Positions 51,402 through 64,000 of a DNA stretch of 64,000 nt are shown here, piece by piece. This DNA is from Octopus sinensis (taxonomy: Eukaryota), in the NCBI RefSeq assembly GCF_006345805.1, contig NC_042997.1, positions 152,768,001-152,832,000 on the forward strand. Direction: 5' to 3'. The stretch's first letter is position 1. Each line of letters starts with the position of its first letter. The notes beneath the pieces are model-generated. The model did not search any database, was not told the origin of the DNA, and saw only the letters and a program-made list of their open reading frames with translations. The translations under genes and the position numbers were made by a program.

Positions 51402-51690
51402 GAAGAAGAAGAGAAGAAGAAGAAGAAGAAGAAGAAGAAGAAGAAGAAGAAGAAGGATGGAAAATGGAGAAAACGAATATAGTGCCAAATATAGTGTCAG
51501 CCCTTTGGGAACAGTATCAGAAAGTATAAAGGATAATATAAAGGAAACTGGGAGAGGGTGTTCAATAGAACAATTACAAAAGGTTTGCCTTATTGGCACT
51601 GCTAGAATTATCAGGAAAGTATTAGATACCTGAAAAGAACGGATGGCATGCAAGACTCCAGGAGCTCCAACCAAACCTGTGCTGAAGAAA
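51198..51690 (+). mobile_element. (TAA/TGA)n-(AAG)n tract followed by an R4-like LINE 3' tip
   Basis: IVPNIVSALGTV..IEQLQKVCLIGTARIIRKVLDT*; ends aataataatgatg. Confidence 0.8.
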
Positions 51691-52591
51691 AAAAAATAAT
51701 AATAATGATGACGTGTCAATTTATATTCTGTATAATACTTCAGTAATATTTTTACTAGTTAATCGATGTTGAAACATTTGTAGTGTTATGCAATAAATCG
51801 TGTAGCTCTATTCATCAATTCAATTTCGACTATTGATATCGAGGAGCGTGGCTTACCGTTTTGCACTCATGATAGTAAGATTGTAGTTTCGATTCCTCGA
51901 CTGGGCGATACGTTGTATTATTAATCAAGACTCTGCATTTTACGCTGCTCAAGTCCAAGTAGAAGGCAAAAATTAATAATCTTGCCACGGACTAGCATTC
52001 TGTCCAGCGTTGGACTATATACGTCACAGAATCTGGAAAACAGGCTTATAAACGTACGGCTCAGCGAGAACCTTTCATTTTTATAAATATATGTATCTAT
52101 GTATGTATATGGGTATGTCTGTGTGCATGTATGTATGCATGTATGTCTATGTTTTATGTGCACCCGGTTGGGTCAAAATTTTTTTTGATTTTTAATTATT
52201 AATTCTTTATTTCACGACGGCTTCTTATTTTCTGAATCAGCTTGTTACATCGTTCATTGTCCTGGTTCGTGTCTATATCTTCTCCAATAACCCTCAGTGG
52301 ATTTCGTCTCCCAGGCCCGCACTTAGCACGCCACCAAGAGTATCGATACGTAGTCACTCATATGGCTAGCTATATTAGCTGAATCACCATCAAAGCACAC
52401 AGTACTGGATTCCACTGGTAATGTAGTTCTGACTTCTCTGTACATAGTAAAATGAGTGGATGGTCCCAGTTGGAATGCTTTTGATCTTAAGTTTGCTAAA
52501 CCAGGGTCAAGCTGGGGCTAAACAAACAACAATGTTAGTACGTCTACCACTACAACAGAAAGAACCAAAACACAAGAAGAAAAAAACCACT

Positions 52592-52865
52592 TTATTATTA
52601 ACCCTCCTTACTGATATATCTTGATAACATTATTAATCCTCTTTACTGATTTATACCTTGATAACATTATTAATCCTCTTTACTGTTTTATACCTTGATA
52701 ACATTATTAATCCTCTTTACAGATTTATACCTTGATGACATTATTAATCCTCTTTACTGATTTATACCTTGATAACATTATTAATCCTCTTTACTGATTT
52801 ATACCTTGATAACATTATTAATCCTCTTTACTGATTTATACCTTGATAACATTATTAATCCACTT
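52592..52865. repeat. 37 bp minisatellite, ~7.3 copies
   Basis: ttgataacattattaatcc at 52621, 52658, 52695, 52732, 52769, 52806 and 52843; no spacers. Confidence 0.95.
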
Positions 52866-53524
52866 TCCAAAAACTTATTAAAACCAAGATCCTAGACAAT
52901 TTATCAAAATAAATAGACAAAATACATTCCCTTACACCCCTAAAAGCAACTTTCAAAAACTTCAACCTTATTAACCTGAAAACCATTATAAACCAAAAAA
53001 CGTAAGTCCCACTTTGGCTCATAATTTAAAAAGTGATATAATAATTCCTATTAATACAACTACAATTTATAAACTACCATGTAACCGAATAAGTCTCACC
53101 AACAATGATAACACTAAAGCGGCCCCACAAACCCTAAAAACAACCATCACAATAATTAAATATAAATTCAAACTAATTACACCCAAAGAAAAAATGTATA
53201 TATATATATACATATAAAGAACCTTCAAAGTCAGCACTTCAAAACCTAATAAAATATGTTTTTCACTGAAACAAATAAAACAATATCCCCCATATATATA
53301 TACATATATATATATATATGTATGTATGTATGTATGTGTGTACGTATGTATGTATGTATGCATGTATATAGAATATGGGATGGGGTTAGCTCACTGGTGA
53401 TCTAAATGAATCCGTTAGTTTCCAAGTTCACAGCTGAGGCTGGAACTAGGGATCCGTAGTCGCCTTTCGGGTTAGCAGCTGTTTATTAGAGGGAAAAGGA
53501 CAATAATCTTTTTTTTCTCTAGTA

Positions 53525-53612
<88 letters not shown>

Positions 53613-56600
53613 AAATATACATATTTATATATATGCATACTACAACTAAAAAGCAAAGTATATAACCATAATAATCCGACTAATAATTTCATGTGGATAC
53701 TCAAAAGGGAAACTCCCAGTTCAAGTCAAAACAAAAAATACACTAACCTAAAGTAAAAAACAAAATTGCTCTAATATACGTAATCCTATGCATCCCCTAA
53801 TTTGTAAAATAAAAAAGACATACAATCAAAACAATAACAGTTATTGCCAAACTAACAACACCCCGCCAACTTATTTGGAATTTACCGTAAAATAGCATGC
53901 GCGAAAAAAAAAACACCCAGGCTTATAACGAATAGGGGCAACTAAAGGATATTCATGAATAAAATTCTCTCTGTCCACCAGAATATTAGGAAGCAAATTG
54001 AATTCAACTAACGCAAATAATATTAAAAGAAAACCCGATACGTCTTTATATGTGTGCTAATGAAAAGGAATTTTCCAAATCACTATTTAATCCTAATGGA
54101 TTACTTCAATCAGCTTTATGTATAAACAAAAAATGTAAAATAAATAAACCCACAATAATAAAAGGAAATAAAAAATGAAAACAAAAATCGACTTAAATTA
54201 GCATTATCAGCAGAAAAACTCCCTTCAAATTCATTAAACCAACACCTTCCCAATACAAGGAGCCACTGAAACCAAATTAGTAGTAACTGTAGCTCTACAA
54301 AAAGACATCTGACCTTAAGGTAATACATATCTAACAAAACCCGTTAACATAACAACCAAAATATATAACAAATCCCCAACATTCCAAGTATAAAGATATG
54401 TAAACCACGTATAAATATATATAAAGATATATAATCCACGACCAATATGTACATCATAAAAAAAGAATTATTGTCCCACCTAGACATTTTCAGAAAACTT
54501 GGACATATAAATGTTATAATGTCACTATTTATGACTTAAGTATTACGTAATATAATGCAAAGGAAGAGAGTGAACGTGTTAATCAAATGATTCTTTGACT
54601 GAGAATTATTTTATTGGACTCCGAGTGGGGATTAAAATGCAATATTAAGTCAACCACGGAGGAATTTTAAATCGGAACAAAAAAAAGTTACATGAATTAT
54701 TCCTAGAACGTTCTGGCAGTATAGAAAGTATATTGAAAATATAATTCTACTTCAGATCTAAGTAACGAGATAATTGATATGAAAATATTGACCAAAAAGT
54801 AAATAGATAAATAAAAACGAGACGAAAAAAAAGCAATAATAAATGTAAAATAACTTTTAAAAAATATATTTTACGTCAAAACAGAAAGAAAAAGAAAAAT
54901 GAATAGAAATGTTTGAATAAAACGTTTTTTTTTAAGTTGGTAAATTAATAGAATTAGAAGACTTGGGGAAAATATAGTTGAATGATATATCGAATAAGAT
55001 ATAAATTATGTTCGTAGAAAATACTAAATGGAATGTGCAATGAGATATATCTAGCGAAATTGATATTAAAATTTGTAAAGAGTTCCTCATAGGAATAAGG
55101 ATTAATGATGTATAATCGATTAAATCTAATCCAATATGTATTATATAGATCGCAGAATAATGAAAAAATTGTCGATTATAAAGGTATTTGGCATCCTGAA
55201 GTGTTGGAGATAGGTATTACATACCATTATTTTGTGCATCAAATATGCGTTCGATGGCTGTTCTGAAATTATGCAATCGTTACTAACTATATGGACAACA
55301 GGAAGGAGCAACTCAATTTGGAAGCCAATAGGGAAGCTTCTATGTGGTTGTTTAATCTGTTAGAAATAAGAGTCAAATGTTTTAAAAAATATATTCCACC
55401 TCGTCTTTAAAGGAAGTGAAAGAAGTATTGAATAATGTAGTCTTAAATACAAAGTGTCTGGAAAAACGTGAGATGGTCATGACCGAAATGCTTTTATCGT
55501 AGATCTTCCGGCTCTGTTCTAAACTGGATTCGATATGGTGTCTGTGGAAAATTATTATCTACATTTATGTTCACTAATTTTTATTTCATTACATAATCCT
55601 AAACTTAACCTGTCATTCTGTTCATCACCACCGCATGGTACATGGGTTGCCTTTAGAGGAGACTATTTTGTTGTGAGCATTCGAACCTGGTCTCCACTTT
55701 GAGGGATCCTTCCTCCCTCACTTCTGCCAGTAACGGAAACCCTCTAAAAGGTCATTAGCACTGCGTTTCAACCTAACTAGATGATAAAAAAATGTCTACT
55801 ATTCTGAGCTCTTGCTTTTTTATATTAATGTACAATGTTATATGGCATTGGTGCTCTGTGACTATGCATATCAGTAATTTTGGTTGGTGAAGAATGGCCT
55901 GCATTCAGTGGAATTCATACGAAATGTTAAGCAAAATGTGATATATTCGTCAATGGGAAAAAGAAGCAGGGACTAACATTTCTACTAGGGGTTTTAGATA
56001 GTGGAAAAGAACCTATCCGCTAAAAGGGGCACTCAGTGTGTTCGATCGATATCAAGGAATGAACTGGAGAGAAGATAGTGGAAAACATAAAGCGAGCTAA
56101 TGGAAAAAATGAGGAGGAAACGTTGCATTTCGTGTATAACTTCCTGGGCTGGAAACGATAGATCATCGGAGAAAATGCTTTGCGGTGTTTTCTTTCCATT
56201 GTTTAATCAGGAAGAAAGATAATACTGATTACCTTCTTTAGGGTTGAAGACTGGGGGTAAGAGAAAGGATTATCATTTTAAGCTGGAGACCTAGCCTAGA
56301 TGTTTGCAACGGAGTGCATTCCTCCGCTAAATGCAACCACATACTAGGGGCTGACTTTAAATCAAGAGAAAGATTAAGTCTACCCTCACAGGGTGAATGG
56401 AGAATAGAAAGAACTAACAAATATTGTATGGTATCTTGCCTGATGCTCTACTAATTCTTCGATCCCAAAGGTATCTGATGAAATTAAAATTAAGGACACA
56501 AAGAAGTAGAAGAAACACTACAAAGCATTTTCTTCGACGCTCTACTGACTCTATTGATGCTGTAAATTCAACTTATGCGCGTGAGTAAGTGTGTGTGTGT

Positions 56601-56621
56601 GTGTTTGTGCGTTGAGTGTGA

Positions 56622-56672
<51 letters not shown>

Positions 56673-57129
56673 TGTGTGCGTGCGTGCGTGCGTGCGTGCG
56701 TGTGTGTATGTGTAAGCATGTTCGAATATGTGTTTATGTGTATATTTTGTGAATACTTGTCTGAAATGAGTTAATAGAAGCCATACTTCACGCAGGGAAG
56801 ACGCCTCGCCTTTCAATAAGCACTGCTCCATTATATCCCGGGTCTTAAATTCAGACTCCACAACCAGCTGAGGTCAACTTTGTTGTTTATTCTCTCGGAC
56901 TCACTTCATTAAAGAAACCTACAGGTGGATTGGCTGAATTGTTACTTCTCTGAGCAGAATTCAATGCTTTGCTGTAGTTGTTCTAGGTTTTTTAACCTTC
57001 TGAATGCCCATACATTCTGTGTCTGTACAGGTCAGATTCTGATCGGCAATATGGTGTCTTAAAATATAAAAAAAATAGCCGTGATAAGACAGCAGGAAAC
57101 ATTCTATGCCAACCACATATAGCTTTTTA

Positions 57130-57922
57130 AAGAAGTCATCAATAGTCATCTGTGACATGATGGCAGAGGAGAGGTACAGAAATGATACATTACCAGACTG
57201 CTCTCCTCAAGCATTTTGAACCCTTGCATCTCTCCTCTTCCTGCATTGTGTCCAACCTCCTTGACTTTCCATTTATTCTTTCAGAACACTGGAACCCCCA
57301 CCCTATAATTATCGTTCCTACTGATGTTAACATACATATATTAGAAAGGAACCTCAATAGCATAATCCTCCCTTGTCTATAAGAACCTGTATGACAATGA
57401 ATACAGTGCCTTTTCCCATGCCCAGGTAAAAGTTTTTTGAAAAGGCAAAAGGACTCGGTTTTCTGCTTTGCACCAGGAGATACTTTATTTCTAATCACTT
57501 ACTAACTCTCAACAAAGCTCGAGTAGTGTCTGCTAATACCTTATGCTTAATCAATCAGTAATGCATTCGACCAATTGTTAAAGGTTCACTCATCTAGTTA
57601 TAAACCAGGAATTCGTATTTACATCGTTACCTTTCTTTATCTCTGCTGGCACTATTTCTATGATATCTGCTCACATATCTACCTAAATACCCATAAATAT
57701 CTACTTAAATGACCATTTTTCATACACCCATTCATCCACCGCCTTTGTTTCCATGGTCTCACCCTTACCGTGTCTCATTGTTCATGTCATAAAACCTCCT
57801 CTTTAGAACATGTTATCTTGAATTTCCCTTTCTCGAATTTCTCTCCTTGACATAGTGGCCTACTCAACATGAAAACCATTAAAAACAGTTGTCTGGAAAA
57901 ACAGTGAAAAGAACACGAGAAC
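57130..57922 (-). mobile_element. Heavily decayed piggyBac-like transposase relic
   Basis: VFPDNCF (DN motif), YLGMGKG (YNxxMGGVD-like), and C-terminal Cys-rich RCKGSKC..W*CII..LCH; many stops. Confidence 0.45.
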
Positions 57923-57950
57923 GACTCTCTCCTCTACTGATAAGCTTATA

Positions 57951-58069
<119 letters not shown>

Positions 58070-58084
58070 GGATGATGATAATAA

Positions 58085-58480
58085 TAGGAAGCCGGACATA
58101 GTCTTAATTGAGAAAGAAAACAGACGACACTAGATCATAGATATAGCATGTCCAGCTGACAACAAGGTATGCGATAAGGAAGAAAGAAAAGTGGAGAGAC
58201 ATAACAGGTTAGCTTGGGAAGTTAAACAGTTGTGGTCGATAAAAAAGGTAGGAGTAGTACCAGTAATTGTCGGAGTCCTGGGAACAGTGAGCAAAAATCT
58301 CGAGAAGTACGTGGAAAAAGTAGGGGCTGCAATAAGGATGGAGCACTTGCAGAAAACAGCACTGCTTGGATCCGGTCGAATACTTCGGAATGTTCTCGAA
58401 AATAAGAGTTGTTACCTTAGTTCACTTGTAGAGAACAGCTGACACTGTAGTACATTTCCAGTATTAGAAGATGTGCAAAG
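58085..58480 (+). mobile_element. R4-like LINE 3' end after a (TAA)n-(TGA)n tract
   Basis: RKPDIVLI..IIDIACP..HNRLAWEVKQLW..VPVIVGVLG..LQKTALLGSGRILR. Confidence 0.85.
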
Positions 58481-58519
58481 GCAATAATAATAATAATAAT
58501 AACAATAATAATAATAATA

Positions 58520-59880
58520 AAGGTTGTAAAAGGTATGCTTATGGATGCAACGATCGCTTGCTCATAAATAAAATGATTGTGGAGAATTGCCGGAGCAACT
58601 GGAAGAATCTAAGTAAGACATGGATAGATTACAAGAAAGCGTTTGATAATGTTCCACGTAATTCGCTACTCAAAACCCTTGAGATATACAAGATCTCTCC
58701 CGTAGTCTCCAGATTCTTACAAGGCAGCATGGCCAAGTGAAATACACATCCTCTTCTAAACTATAGTAATAGGATAAACCAATCTAACAACATCAGCATC
58801 AAACGAGGCATCTTTCAAGGTGACTTCATCTCCCCATTACTCTTTTGCATGTCACTGATCCCACTCTCGAACGAACTGAGTAACACCAGGTATGGGTTCA
58901 AAATGTATATTAAAGTAAATATTGACGATCTGAAGCTGTTTACTAGAAATGAGGAAGAGCTAGTAGGGCTGTTAACAACTGTTAAAGAGTTCAGCAATGA
59001 CATTGGGATGGATTTTGGCCTTGATAAGCATGCTAGAGTAATTTTTGCAAGATGAAAGCTCAAACAAACAGCTTCCATTAAAATATATACCGACACTACC
59101 ATCAATCAGCTATACCCACAACGAAGCTATTACTATCTGGGGATAAACGAAGGAGACGGTATACAACATGCTACTACGAAGGAAAAAGTATGAAAGGAGT
59201 ATTACAGAAGAATACGACTTATACTAAAAGCCGAACTCAAGGCCTAAAATCGCGTCGAAGCCATTAATACCCTGGCACCTCCGGTTGACCTATGCAAATT
59301 TAACATTAACTGTTCATATCATAAAACCTCCTCTTTAGAACATTTGTTATCTTGAATTTCCCTTTCTCGAATTTCTCTCCTTGACATAGTGGCCTACTCA
59401 ACATGAAAACCATTAAAAACAGTTGTCTGGAAAAACAGTGAAAAGAACACGAGAACTCCAACGACTGGACAGGAAGACAAGAAAATTACTAACGTCGGCC
59501 GGATATTGTCATATTGAATACGAGAGACGTATAATGTCAGAATATTGATGTAGCCATACCAAATGACATGAATGTTGCGAGTAAACAGGTTAAAAAATAT
59601 CACCAAGTACCCCGAATTGAAAGTGGTTATGGTAAGACTGTATGGAATGCGAGAGGGTAATGTAAAAGTAATACCAGTGGCGACTGGAGCTTTGGGCTTA
59701 ATCCCATTGAAACTTCAAGACTTCTTAAGGCAACTCAAGATCCCGTACAAGACTGATGTATTGCAATAAGCAGCCTTATTGGGCACTACACACATCTTAA
59801 GGAAATTATTATCTGTGTGATGTCCTTGTTGTGACTTGACAGATGACTACAGATTCTGATCTACATTGTGTTACGAAGGA
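58520..59880 (+). mobile_element. R4-like LINE RT fragment joined by deletion to an RLE 3' end, interrupted by a templated insert (59311-59456)
   Basis: WIDYKKAFDNVP; RGIFQGDFISPLLF; IDDLKLF; ELQRLDRKTRKLLT; RPDIV; IPVATGALG; LQ*AALLGTTHILRK. Confidence 0.85.
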
Positions 59881-59929
59881 ACGATAATAATGATAAAAAA
59901 GGGACAATAATTGAAATCTGGGCGAGGGG

Positions 59930-62640
<2,711 letters not shown>

Positions 62641-62687
62641 ATGTGACTGCGAACTTAAATGTGGCGATTGCACAAACAGTCTAAGGC

Positions 62688-64000
62688 GATAAGCTGGCTG
62701 AATCGTTGCACGCCGGGCAAAATGCTTAGCGTTATTTCGTCCGTCTTTATGATCTGAGTTCAAATTCTGCCAGTGTCTTTCATCCTTTGGGAGCCGATAA
62801 AATAATGAACAGTTGAACACAAGAGTTGTTATAATCGGCTTAGCTACTTCCCAAAATTTGCAACCAATATTACACAAACAGTGGGCGGTGGATTGGACGA
62901 ATCGTTAAAGTATTGGAAAAAATACCTTTAGGATATTTGTTCCAGTTCTTTATATTATAAGTTCAAATCCCGCCGAAGTGAATTTTACCTTTCATCCTTT
63001 CGACGTCGAAAGATTAACTACCGCTGAAGTATTTGTGTTCATAGTGTCCACCTTCTTCTTAAATTTCTGGTGTTGTGACTATGTTACAAACAAAGAAGGG
63101 CGTTGGATAGACAGAATCATTAAAGCATCAGTCAAAATACTGCGGTGTTTCGTTACGGTTCTCTACACTCTGAGTTCAAATCAAATCGAGGTCAACGTTT
63201 GTCTTTAGCCGCTCCAGTGTCGATAAAAAAAATACCAGTCAAATACCTACTTCAACATTTCAGGTCTTGTGCGTATATTCGAAACACTATCGTGTACGCA
63301 GTGCGATTCGGCCGTGATACAGCCGAAGCAAAGAGCAATTCTTCATGTGGGCCCCATTACTTACGATATACCTTGACCTATGCAGGACCATGAACCATGT
63401 GAACTGACGTTATTGCTCTTCTTGCTTTCATTGCAGCTGTTGTTGTTAATAATGTCTATATTATTTTGTTATTATTATTGTTGTCGTTATCGTAAAGGTA
63501 ACGAGCTGCCAGAATTGTAGCACTCTAAGCAAAATACTTATCGGCATTTCTTCTGACTTTTCGTTCTGAGGTTAATTTGCTCTTCATCTTTCCAGATCGG
63601 ATAAAATAAATTCCAGCTGAGCACTGGCGTCGATGTAATCGACTTACCTACTTCCTCGAAATTGCTGCCCATGTATCAAAATTTGAAACAATTCTTGTTG
63701 TTATCGTAAAGGCAGCGAGTTGACATAATCGTTAGCACGCTAGGCGAAATGCTTAGCAGTATTTCGTTTGCCGCAACGTTCTGATTTTAAATTCCGCCGA
63801 GGTCAACTTTGCCTTTCATCCGTTCGGGGTCGATAAATTAAGTACCAGTTGCGCACTGGTGTCGATGTAATCGACTTAATCCCTTTGTCTGTCCTTTTTT
63901 GTTTCCTCTATGTTCAGCCCCTTGTGAGCAATAAAGAAATAAGAATCGTTAGCACGCTAGGCGAAATGCTTAGCAGTATTTCGTTTGCCGCGACGTTCTG
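62688..64000 (+). mobile_element. Six SINE copies, all plus strand (~62688, 62880, 63095, 63495, 63708, 63945)
   Basis: Repeated gcagaatcgttagcac..gaaatgcttagc..gttctgagttcaaatt..ctttcatcc..gtcgataaa. Confidence 0.85.

Noticed and set aside
52592-52865. CRISPR array (37 bp repeats)
   Set aside because: Repeats are contiguous without spacers, in a eukaryotic context with no cas genes.
52900-54500. Possible third Penelope relic
   Set aside because: Only compositional skew and vague motifs; no alignable conserved block.

Overview
AT-rich eukaryotic DNA, almost entirely repeats. The tRNA-derived SINE families and very dense (TA)n/(TAA)n/(TACA)n microsatellites point to an octopod cephalopod (Octopus-like); this is inferred from recalled repeat families, not from a search. 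No intact host gene can be firmly supported, and most ORF-track entries are microsatellite or antisense artefacts. Recognisable elements: RLE-type (R4/Dong-like) LINE fragments, all on +, most abutting (TAA)n tracts; CR1, RTE and Penelope relics; an RT-less Gypsy; mariner, Tc1 (with a spliceable intron), hAT, Chapaev3 (TIRs plus TTA TSD), piggyBac-like and Helitron relics; an ORF1-only LINE derivative; a TTAGGG-carrying MITE; and about 20 SINE copies. The most unusual structure is a non-coding 2.8 kb palindrome (2860-5690). It is built from about 5.7 near-identical ~490 bp units, ~2.9 forward then ~2.9 inverted, and sits between (TA)n tracts. Other notable items are a 144 bp templated insertion inside a LINE, a polarity-switching SINE cluster at 59.9-64 kb, and weak traces of a spliced minus-strand secreted-protein (pseudo)gene at 26.7-34.7 kb.
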